IMG/VR virus record: IMGVR_UViG_3300022844_000012
Coordinates: 1 to 32,884 of that record
Source of the DNA: a virus
Taxonomy: Duplodnaviria; Caudoviricetes
Length of the DNA: 32,884 nucleotides
Reading direction: 5' to 3' (one strand)
The notes below the pieces were generated by a model that was not told the origin of the DNA, made no database searches, and saw only the letters and a program-made list of their open reading frames with translations. Of the stretch, positions 25,013 to 32,884 are shown piece by piece. Each line of letters starts with the position of its first letter. The stretch's first letter is position 1. Made by a program: the position numbers and the translations under genes.

Positions 25013-25451
25013 GTACCAATTTGTAGCCACGACCGAAGAATATGCTGAACTTGCAGGCATACCTTTTGACCCTAAAGGTTGTTGTGGAGTTACGGCGATA
25101 AAGGACGGTAAAGTGTCCGGTGTTTGTGTTTTAGACAATTGGACTGAGAATGCGTGTGAAATACACATGAAAGTACCGGATAAGTGGGCTTTCAAGCATG
25201 GTTATTTAGAGGAAATTTTTAACTTTATATTTTGCGAGGCTGACCGAGGACTTGTTATTGCAACTCCAAAGTCAGACAACAACCAACTCAAACGATTCGT
25301 TACTGATCTTGGATTTAAACGTGTTGGTGTTATTCCGAATGGTTATAAAGTAGGCGTTGATGTTGAAATCAACATTTTACTAAAAGAAAACTGTAGGTAT
25401 ATCACTAATGGGATTTCTCGGAACAGGCGACAGCGCACCGCCACCACCTGA
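24993..25451 (+). CDS. GNAT-fold morphogenesis protein (T7 gp13 / P22 gp14-like position)
   Basis: N....RF...LGFKRVG GNAT motif, between nozzle and ejection genes. Confidence 0.7.
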   Translation: MAGSLDKYQFVATTEEYAELAGIPFDPKGCCGVTAIKDGKVSGVCVLDNWTENACEIHMKVPDKWAFKHGYLEEIFNFIFCEADRGLVIATPKSDNNQLKRFVTDLGFKRVGVIPNGYKVGVDVEINILLKENCRYITNGISRNRRQRTATT

Positions 25452-28275
25452 TTATGCGGCTCAAGCAAGAGCGCAGGGTGAAGCGAATAAAGATGCAGCC
25501 TATCAGACGACTGTATTAAGCAACCCTAACATCTATACGCCAACAGGCTCCCAAACAACCACTTGGGGGCCGGCTAATCAGGGGCAACCAGGTTCAACTT
25601 CGACTCCTTGGCAAAACCAGCCTTTAGCGGGCGGTCTTTACTCGCCTACTGGTGGTGGCCCTGGTGATTGGCAGCAGAACGATGCAACTGCCTCCACTCA
25701 AGGCTCAGGGCCTCAAGGTGGCGCTCAGACTACTCAGAATTCTGGATTTAATAATACGGGCAATGCTAATCAAAACCCACAGTCAGGACTAGACCCCTTA
25801 CAGGGAGCGCAATGGAATCCTGCTACTGGGACATTGCAAAATCCAGACGGAACTACATTTGACCCAACTCAGGCATATAATTCTGCTGCTGGCGGGAACG
25901 GAATACCTCCTGCACTTGCAGGAATACCCCAAGCAACGGTTAATCAGCATCTATCGCCTACTGAACAGGCCAAGATGGATAAGAATGACCTTCTGCAACT
26001 CTCATTACTGGATACCGCCCAAGGTGGTCTAGGTCGTGTGAATAACATGATGGATACGCCATTTGATATGAGCAATATCACAGAAATTTCCGATATTGAT
26101 ACTGGAAACGGCTTTAATGCTCAGAGATATTTGGCTGAAAACCCCGATGTTGCTGCTGCTGGCGTTGATCCTTACCAACATTACCAACAATACGGCAAAA
26201 CTGAGGGTCGGGGCGGTGCTGGAATCCCTACTCTGAACTCCAACGGCTTGCAGGAAATGTCAGGTGTTGATATTGGTCAGTTATCCCCGCAGGGCAATAT
26301 TGATACTTCTGGATTGACCGAGCTACAGGGTATTGATACTTCTGGATACGGGCAATACGGGAACATTGATACGAGTCAATTAGCCGATCAGGGCAATATT
26401 GATACTTCTGGATTGACCGAGCTACAGGGTATTGATACTTCTGGATACGGGCAATACGGGAACATTGATACGAGTCAATTAGCCGATCAGGGCAATATTG
26501 ATACTTCTGGAATGAATCAAGGTGGCTCGCTGAATACTGATGGGACTAGAAATTATGAGTCTCTAAACCGAAATGGACAGCCTAATATAAACGGATTGTC
26601 TCAGGAGGGTAGCGTTCAAGGTCTTGATAGAAATGGGATGCAGAATGTCCGTGGATTGGATCAAAACGGGCTTCCTCAGCAGTCTGGAATCAACCGCAAT
26701 GAACTCAGTGCTAACGGTGAGTTGAATTCAAACGCTCGGTCTTATATGGATCAGCGAGAAACAACCGGAACAGTCGGTGGTAATGATCGTGTTTATGACT
26801 CTCTAGTTCAGCGTAGACAAGGCCAGTTCGATCAACAGCGTGAGCAGGCCGAATCAGACCTTATTTCAAGAGGATTTGTGCCAGGTAGCGAAGGTTATCG
26901 TGAGCGAATGCGCGAGATCGACCAAGAAATGAACGATTATAAGTTGGCTGCAATGGCTCAAGCGGGTCAGGAACAGCAAAGATTGTTCAATATGGAAAGT
27001 GGAATGCGTGATCAAGATTTTGGTCAAGCGCAGGCATCGGCTCAGTTTGCTCAACAATTGAGAGCGCAGGGCATGGATGAACAGCAGGTTCAGGCTCAAG
27101 TTAATGATATGAACCGTAGTCAGCAGTTTTCTGAACGTCAGGATATGTCGAACTTTGATATGAGGCGTCAGGATCAGCAGTTTGGTCAGAAACAGGCTGT
27201 ATCGCAATTCTCTCAGAACCAGAATCAGCAGGATTTCAATCAGCGTCAGAATGTCTCGAACTTTGATTTGCAGAGTAACCAGCAGGATTTCGCTCAGAGA
27301 CAGGCAGTTTCTAATGATGCTCAATCTCAAAGGGCGCAGCAAATGGCCGAAAGAGGGCAAATTGCCAACTTTAATGAAGGCCAGCGTGTTCGTGAATTTG
27401 GTGAGCAAGAGTCTTTGGCCCAGTTTCAACAGCAATTACGCGCTCAAGGTCTTAATGAGCAACAGATTCAGGCTGAAATGCAGAATAAACAGCGTTCTAT
27501 GCAGTTATCTGAAGATCAGTCTATGGCTGACAACGCGGTCAGAAACCGTACCCAACAGTTCAACGAGCAAGAGCGTATGGCTCAGTTTGCTCAAGGTCTA
27601 CGAGCGCAGGGGCTTAGTGAGCAACAGATTCAAGCTCAAGTTAATAACGCAATGCGTAGCCAGCAGTTTGGCGAACGTGCTGCAACTGCTGGATTCGATC
27701 AATCTGAAGCTCAGAGACAGTTTTCTAACAGTGCTGCTCAGAATCAAGCGACTGCTCAACAGCGTCAGCAAGAGATTCAGGAGCAGGCTTACCTTAGAAG
27801 TCTGCCATTGAACGAGATAAACGCCCTTAGAAGTGGCTCACAGGCTTCATTACCTCAGTTTCAACAGTATACAGGCGCTAACGTAGCTCCTCCTCCACTG
27901 TTTGATGCTGCTGTAGCCCAAGGTAACTTTGACCAAGCCTCTTACGCTAACTCCCCTGACGTATTGGGTGGGTTGTTTAGTCTTGGCGGCGCTGCTCTAG
28001 GCGGGATGACAGGCGGCGCTACAACCGCCCTACAAGCTGGTGCTGCTGGCGCATTCGGGACACCTAGTGACATTCGACTGAAAGATAACTTAGTCGAAAT
28101 TGGTGAACTTGGCCCTCTGAAGGTCTTTGAGTGGGATTGGAATGGAAAACTTGGGCTTAAAGGCAAGAGCAAAGGCTTTATTGCGCAGCAAGTTCAGAAG
28201 CTATTTCCTCAGTTCGTTATTGAGAAATCTGGTTATCTCCATATTAAATATGATGAGTTATTGGAGGCGATCTAA
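25408..28275 (+). CDS. internal virion / DNA ejection protein with repeat arrays and a C-terminal S74 intramolecular chaperone domain
   Basis: APPPPDY start, L..RG..PGSEGY core, LRSLPLNEINAL, Gly/Ala hydrophobic segment, SDIRLKDN cleavage motif. Confidence 0.8.
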   Translation: MGFLGTGDSAPPPPDYAAQARAQGEANKDAAYQTTVLSNPNIYTPTGSQTTTWGPANQGQPGSTSTPWQNQPLAGGLYSPTGGGPGDWQQNDATASTQGSGPQGGAQTTQNSGFNNTGNANQNPQSGLDPLQGAQWNPATGTLQNPDGTTFDPTQAYNSAAGGNGIPPALAGIPQATVNQHLSPTEQAKMDKNDLLQLSLLDTAQGGLGRVNNMMDTPFDMSNITEISDIDTGNGFNAQRYLAENPDVAAAGVDPYQHYQQYGKTEGRGGAGIPTLNSNGLQEMSGVDIGQLSPQGNIDTSGLTELQGIDTSGYGQYGNIDTSQLADQGNIDTSGLTELQGIDTSGYGQYGNIDTSQLADQGNIDTSGMNQGGSLNTDGTRNYESLNRNGQPNINGLSQEGSVQGLDRNGMQNVRGLDQNGLPQQSGINRNELSANGELNSNARSYMDQRETTGTVGGNDRVYDSLVQRRQGQFDQQREQAESDLISRGFVPGSEGYRERMREIDQEMNDYKLAAMAQAGQEQQRLFNMESGMRDQDFGQAQASAQFAQQLRAQGMDEQQVQAQVNDMNRSQQFSERQDMSNFDMRRQDQQFGQKQAVSQFSQNQNQQDFNQRQNVSNFDLQSNQQDFAQRQAVSNDAQSQRAQQMAERGQIANFNEGQRVREFGEQESLAQFQQQLRAQGLNEQQIQAEMQNKQRSMQLSEDQSMADNAVRNRTQQFNEQERMAQFAQGLRAQGLSEQQIQAQVNNAMRSQQFGERAATAGFDQSEAQRQFSNSAAQNQATAQQRQQEIQEQAYLRSLPLNEINALRSGSQASLPQFQQYTGANVAPPPLFDAAVAQGNFDQASYANSPDVLGGLFSLGGAALGGMTGGATTALQAGAAGAFGTPSDIRLKDNLVEIGELGPLKVFEWDWNGKLGLKGKSKGFIAQQVQKLFPQFVIEKSGYLHIKYDELLEAI
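26290..26511 (+). repeat. perfect 99-bp tandem duplication (about 2.2 copies)
   Basis: Units start at 26290, 26389 and 26488. In frame, 33 aa each. Confidence 0.95.
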
Positions 28276-29462
28276 TGCCAACAGGATACACACCACAGTC
28301 TTCACTTGATCGACGCAAGGCCTTGATGAATCAACTCCGTCAAACGCCCATGAACGATACGGGCAAGAAGACGGATTGGGGCAGGGGTCTAGCTCACATG
28401 TTGAGACAGTACCAAGCAGGTCAAATGGGTCGTGAGCAGGAAGAGCAGATTGCCCGTAATACTGAAATCCAAGGCACTGAAATGGCTGACTTGGTTTCTG
28501 GTATATCGAATCCGGGCGCTAGTAAAGCTCAGGACTTTGGCTCAATGGGAGTATTTCAAGGCGGTGCACCTCAACCCAAGGCAGATCCAAGTCAAAGTGG
28601 CGGTCAGGGCATAGACCCTTATTCAAGTGCTGTATCTGGAATTGGCCAAGATTTGGGATCAAGAATGTCCGGTGGCGAAGCGGTAGACCCCGCTATGCTT
28701 GCTGGTGCTCAAGAAAACGCTGTATCAACTCCTGCCTTGGGTGACAGGAAGTACTCTTCTCCTATGGCTCAGAAACTCAAGATGCAGCAAGTTCTCAATA
28801 ATGCCTCTAGTGATAGAGCGCGTGGGTTCTCTGAATCTGATGCCGCAAGAGATCATAAAAACGCATTAGAATTGCAAGGCGTTAAGAATAAAGGGAGCGG
28901 TTTTAGGTCAACCCCACGGCCAATAGCTACAGATAAAGGTTATATGCAGTACGTTGATGGTCAATGGATTCCAATGGTTGATGAGGATGGAGATCCTAGA
29001 CTTGCGGCTCAGTATTCTGCGGCACTTCAAGGGGAAATATCTGAAACAAAGGCCCAAGGCGCAGCTACAGGCAAGCGGAATTATGGGATGCAGGGCATTA
29101 GTGAAATCATAGCTAATGGCAGAGCGATCCTAACGGGCGATCAGGCTCCTACGGCAAGTGGCGTTGGCGCTATGGCTGACTCTGTGGGCGGATTCTTTGG
29201 CTACTCTCCTGACGGTGCTGATAAGGCTGCTGAGATGAAAGCGGTTGGCGGTGCGTTGACAGCTAAAATGCCAAGAATGGAAGGCCCGCAATCCGATGCT
29301 GACAGAAAGATGTATGTCGAAATGGCCGGTCAGATAGGCGATGCCAGTGTTCCACTATCACAAAGAGAGGCTGCACTAGATGTTGTGGAAGCTCTTTGGT
29401 CGCAATATGAGCAGAGTAAAGTCTCGGTTGAGAGGACGGCTGAACTAGAGGCTAAGTATTAA
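28275..29462 (+). CDS. putative DNA ejection protein
   Basis: Gly/Ala/Gln-rich, MPRMEGPQSDAD motif, coupled within the ejection cluster. Confidence 0.7.
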   Translation: MPTGYTPQSSLDRRKALMNQLRQTPMNDTGKKTDWGRGLAHMLRQYQAGQMGREQEEQIARNTEIQGTEMADLVSGISNPGASKAQDFGSMGVFQGGAPQPKADPSQSGGQGIDPYSSAVSGIGQDLGSRMSGGEAVDPAMLAGAQENAVSTPALGDRKYSSPMAQKLKMQQVLNNASSDRARGFSESDAARDHKNALELQGVKNKGSGFRSTPRPIATDKGYMQYVDGQWIPMVDEDGDPRLAAQYSAALQGEISETKAQGAATGKRNYGMQGISEIIANGRAILTGDQAPTASGVGAMADSVGGFFGYSPDGADKAAEMKAVGGALTAKMPRMEGPQSDADRKMYVEMAGQIGDASVPLSQREAALDVVEALWSQYEQSKVSVERTAELEAKY

Positions 29463-31642
29463 TGAGCAGCTATGAAAAATACATGGAAATGGCTAATAAA
29501 GCTGATGAGGCTGGCGAGGAAGAAGATGCCAGGGACTTGGTTGCACTTGCTAGGCAGGCAAAATCTTCTCAGAGCCTAGATCAAGATAAGTCCGTTTCCG
29601 AGTATAAAGAACCTAACCTAGTAGACGCTATTGCTGGAAACCCTGTTTATAGGGCAGTTCAAGGCGTTGCTGACTTACCATTAGGTGCTACACAGTTTAT
29701 TGCCAATAAGACAGGCGTTGGCGAAGACACCATGAATTCGTTTATGAAAAGACGCGATGAAATAATGAATGAAGGGCGCAAGCAGTACGGCGATGAAGGC
29801 ATGGATCTGTGGCGCATGGGCGGCAATGTTGCGGGAGGCGGCGTTGCAGGTAAGGGAATTCAGTTAGGCACTGGTTTTGCACAGCAACTTGGGCGCGGTA
29901 TTGTCACTGGCGCAGGGTTTGGCGCTATTACTCCTGTTGGCGAAGGTGACTATTGGGACAAGAGTATAGAAAATACGAAAACTGGCGCTTTTTTAGGCGG
30001 GTTGATACCTGGCGCTACAAATGCCGTAAAGGGCACTTATGGATCTGTGGTAAAACCTCTAGCAGATAAGTTTGGGCCTATATTTGAAAGTACAAACAAG
30101 AGTATTTCCAAAATACTGCGAGGATCTGTTCCAGAATCACGGCGCGGGGAATTGAGCGCGGCGTTAAGGGACAACAAAAGCCCTGTTTCTCAAGGTACTG
30201 CTGGAGAAGTGGCTTCTGATGTTAGGCTTCCAGAGTTTTCGGCTATTGCTAGGACTGCCGAGGAACGAAGACCTAACCAGACTTTCGCTGTAAGAGAGGC
30301 TCAAGCTGAATCTAGGCAGGCTATTTTGGATAGGATTGCTGGTAATGCTGACGATCTGAGCAATGCCAAGACAAAACGAAAGGTCGTGTCGGACATTCTT
30401 CGAGAGAATGCCTATGAAAATGCCGCCTCTAACACTGATGAATATTTAGGCGCAGCAGGTCGAGTTGGCAGGCTTTCAGGCGGCGCTAGTCCTGATGGCG
30501 GGGTTCGCTCTGTTGCTGATGCTGTAAGGCTTCGCTCTGGAATTGAGGATGAGGTTTCTAAGGCTATAGCGGGTAGTAAGAATCAAAGCACTGTATGGGG
30601 CGCTAAGATACCGGCCAAATACACGCCGCACCGAAACATGATTGAAACGGCTGATGAATTCGTTAATGACGCAAAGTTCATAGAAAAAGCTAAGAAGTTT
30701 GATCTGGAGCAGGCCAAAGCATTGGTAAGCTCGATGGATGCTTATGGCATCAAGCCTCTAACAGTAGGCTCTGTGAATAAGAGGCTCCAATTAGTTGTCG
30801 ATAACCCTGAAACTGCCGGTGCTGCGAAAACGATCATTAAGAAGATAATGAAAGGGATTGAGTCTGAAGCTGAGGATGGCCTTATAGATCCTGTTCGCTT
30901 ATACCGAATGAGGAAGTTAGACCTTGAGCAAACTGCCGAACGGTTATTTGGCAAAGATGGCGCTAGTCAATATCAAGCTGCCCTTGTCAGGGATGCCCAA
31001 AAAGCCATTGATGATGCTATGGAATCTGCATCAGGCGGCGGCTGGAAGGCTTATTTGAAGGCTTATTCTGAATTATCTCGACCAATTGAGAAGTTACAGG
31101 TTGGGCAACAAATACGAAGCACGTTGTATCCTGAAGGCTCAGATATGATTCAAGGTGCTGCCGAACGATCAACTGCATTATCTAAGTCTCTCAGGGATCA
31201 AAGTACGGTCAAAAGAGCTACGGGCGACAGTACCAGGCAGGTTTCAGAAATTATTCCTGAGAATGATATGCTCGATTTGAAGGACTTGCGTTCTGATTTG
31301 TTGAGGTCTAAAAATTACGATACATTGTCGAAGCGGGGCGGCAGGCCAAATATTGATATGGAAAGCGCCCAATTGCCGAATGCTTTATGGCGCGAAGTAA
31401 TGATTACTAACAATGTTCTTCGCGGATTAGGTGAGACAAAACAAGCAAAGGTTATGGATAAAATTGGTGAGCTAATGTTTGCCGATTCGGGCAACGGGTT
31501 TGGTGAATTGGCTGACTTGATCGACTCACTACCTCCTGAAAACAGGAGCAAGGTTCTAAAGCTCATTGCTGAAAAAGCCCCCAATATAAGCGCGGTAATT
31601 GGCGCAACGACAACAGGAGAAGCAAATGCCACGCAACTGTAG
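29462..31642 (+). CDS. putative large DNA ejection protein
   Basis: 726 aa, Gly-rich membrane-active N-terminal segments, helical remainder. Confidence 0.7.
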   Translation: MSSYEKYMEMANKADEAGEEEDARDLVALARQAKSSQSLDQDKSVSEYKEPNLVDAIAGNPVYRAVQGVADLPLGATQFIANKTGVGEDTMNSFMKRRDEIMNEGRKQYGDEGMDLWRMGGNVAGGGVAGKGIQLGTGFAQQLGRGIVTGAGFGAITPVGEGDYWDKSIENTKTGAFLGGLIPGATNAVKGTYGSVVKPLADKFGPIFESTNKSISKILRGSVPESRRGELSAALRDNKSPVSQGTAGEVASDVRLPEFSAIARTAEERRPNQTFAVREAQAESRQAILDRIAGNADDLSNAKTKRKVVSDILRENAYENAASNTDEYLGAAGRVGRLSGGASPDGGVRSVADAVRLRSGIEDEVSKAIAGSKNQSTVWGAKIPAKYTPHRNMIETADEFVNDAKFIEKAKKFDLEQAKALVSSMDAYGIKPLTVGSVNKRLQLVVDNPETAGAAKTIIKKIMKGIESEAEDGLIDPVRLYRMRKLDLEQTAERLFGKDGASQYQAALVRDAQKAIDDAMESASGGGWKAYLKAYSELSRPIEKLQVGQQIRSTLYPEGSDMIQGAAERSTALSKSLRDQSTVKRATGDSTRQVSEIIPENDMLDLKDLRSDLLRSKNYDTLSKRGGRPNIDMESAQLPNALWREVMITNNVLRGLGETKQAKVMDKIGELMFADSGNGFGELADLIDSLPPENRSKVLKLIAEKAPNISAVIGATTTGEANATQL

Positions 31643-31649
31643 TGGGACG
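31626..31649 (+). pseudogene. relic 5' end of the tail fibre gene (MPRNCSGT)
   Basis: AGGAG RBS then ATGCCACGCAACTGTAGTGGGACG, matching MPRNGSGS at 32181. Abuts the HNH stop codon. Confidence 0.8.
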
Positions 31650-32126
31650 CTAATCAGGAATTCCGCCCCTGCCATATTTCCAGCCTATTTCCAGTCCTTT
31701 AAGATTGTGGTGCTTGCCTTTGTAGATAACGTCGTCATAAGAAAGTCCACGGTTAGCTCGATCAACAATGGTGTCAGTCTTCAGATCGGCAAGATCGGCA
31801 AGATCGGCGGCAATATACTCGGTTCCATCAATAGTCACCTTTCTGGTTATCGTTTGATTCCTCTGCTGCTGTTTCCTACTGGCCCATCGGCAGTTTTCAG
31901 GAGAGTATCCAGAGTTATTATTAATTCTATCAAGAGTGTATCCTGTGGGCCTGTCGCCCATATCGGAAATAAAGTTTTTAAAACCCTGCTTGGGAATAAG
32001 CCATTGTTCGCAGATGGATATTCCTCTACCCCCGTAATCTTTAAATTGCTTAAACTTGGGGTTATGGCATCGGTCTTTCATGCTCATCCAGACATTATAA
32101 AGCGGGTGGGGATTTTTAAATGGCAT
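31650..32126 (-). CDS. free-standing HNH homing endonuclease, antisense to the late operon
   Basis: HPLYNVWMSMKDRC.NP, YGGRGI.IC..W, TLDRINNNSGYSPENCRWAS...Q.RN motifs. AAGGAG RBS. Confidence 0.92.
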   Translation of the reverse strand: MPFKNPHPLYNVWMSMKDRCHNPKFKQFKDYGGRGISICEQWLIPKQGFKNFISDMGDRPTGYTLDRINNNSGYSPENCRWASRKQQQRNQTITRKVTIDGTEYIAADLADLADLKTDTIVDRANRGLSYDDVIYKGKHHNLKGLEIGWKYGRGGIPD

Positions 32127-32153
32127 AGTAGTGACTCCTTAGAAGTTGCTAGT

Positions 32154-32181
32154 ATTATAAACGGATAAAGGGAGTAGTCAA
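32154..32181 (-). promoter_or_regulatory. near-consensus sigma70 promoter of the HNH gene
   Basis: TTGACT-N16-TATAAT, overlapping the RBS and start of the tail gene on the other strand. Confidence 0.8.
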
Positions 32182-32884
32182 TGCCGCGCAACGGTTCAGG
32201 TTCATACTCGTTACCAGCAGGCCAGCCTGTTGTAACTGGAACCACAATTAGCTCGACAACGCACAATAATACAATGTCTGACATTGCCTCTGAAATGACG
32301 AATTCAGTGGATAAGGATGGTCAGACGGTATTAACGGGGATTATTGACCATAACGGCAATAACATCATTCTCGATACGGATGGCGATACGCTTTTAGACC
32401 TTGGAACTGACGACCAGGTTGGAATAACCATTGCTGGTGCTGCTGATTTCCTCCTATTGGCTAACATCTTCAGGGCTTTGTCAGGATCTGTACTTGAGAC
32501 GAACACGATCAATGAGACTACTGCCGCTAGTGGCGTGACGATTGACGGTGTCGTGCTTAAAGACAGTGGGATTACTGCTGGCGGTGACATTCTCAGCGAC
32601 ACAGACTCAACCGACTCAATAGGCTCGAACGCTGTTAGATGGCTCAAAGGCTGGTTCGATACGCTGACGGCAGGAACGCTGACTATCCGTAGTGGTTCAA
32701 TCACTGATTCATCGGGCGCTATTACCTTCGGCAACGAGAACCTATCGACTACTGGCACACTTGACGCTGGTGATACTGACATCACAGGCACCCTTGATGT
32801 TAGTGGCGATATAACCGGCACTGGAGATATAGCGTTAACTAAAAGCACGGCGGTAACTGCGGAATTTGAGCGAACAGGCGGAAA
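32181..32884 (+). CDS. tail fibre/tailspike protein, N-terminal part (runs off the window)
   Basis: GGGAG RBS. MPRNGSGSYSLPAGQPVVTGTTISS...SDIASEMTNSVDKDGQT virion-attachment motif, then Gly/Thr/Asp-rich sequence. Confidence 0.85.
   Translation, partial: MPRNGSGSYSLPAGQPVVTGTTISSTTHNNTMSDIASEMTNSVDKDGQTVLTGIIDHNGNNIILDTDGDTLLDLGTDDQVGITIAGAADFLLLANIFRALSGSVLETNTINETTAASGVTIDGVVLKDSGITAGGDILSDTDSTDSIGSNAVRWLKGWFDTLTAGTLTIRSGSITDSSGAITFGNENLSTTGTLDAGDTDITGTLDVSGDITGTGDIALTKSTAVTAEFERTGG

Noticed and set aside
26290-26511. Tandem repeat as a CRISPR or diversity-generating retroelement repeat
   Set aside because: In-frame coding duplication with no spacers, no adenine-specific mismatches and no reverse transcriptase.
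31599-32168. 189-aa plus-strand ORF as a real protein
   Set aside because: Beyond the 8-codon stub it is the antisense shadow of the HNH. Kept only as a possible translational-coupling device.
31650-32180. Group I intron carrying the HNH
   Set aside because: The HNH fills almost the whole insert, leaving no room for a ribozyme core, and the downstream gene has its own RBS and start.
16197-32848. Minus-strand ORFs across the structural operon (e.g. 26866-27435, 32321-32848)
   Set aside because: Antisense shadows of long plus-strand genes, without recognisable motifs.
1-32884. tRNA genes or stop-codon reassignment
   Set aside because: No cloverleaf with T-loop consensus was seen, and the core genes are intact under the standard code.

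Overview
This window is a fragment of a tailed dsDNA phage genome with a podovirus-type (P22/BPP-1-like) morphogenesis module. No integrase, CI repressor, tRNA or CRISPR array is visible. 1-8228 is a leftward early/recombination operon (many small ORFs, SSB, HNH, YqaJ exonuclease, Sak-like annealing protein, Gly/Tyr-repeat cassette). 8317-12444 is a rightward Cro/replication/nin-like operon (replication-domain-NinB fusion, PAPS-reductase-family protein, NinG, truncated M15 peptidase). 12450-13541 is a self-contained leftward cassette with its own promoter and terminator. 13560-14230 is non-coding, with a G-rich tract and a structured element. 14345-32884 is the rightward packaging, head, tail and ejection operon. 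The most notable pattern: both free-standing HNH genes sit 7-8 codons inside the 5' end of an essential gene (ssb; tail fibre). In each case the old start survives as a stub and a diverged replacement start follows the HNH. Also notable are three candidate structured ncRNAs, a 40-bp leader duplication bracketing a two-gene cassette, a displaced TerS-like gene, and an ejection protein with matched 11-aa and 18-aa repeat arrays. All family assignments come from motif recognition by eye; no searches were run.
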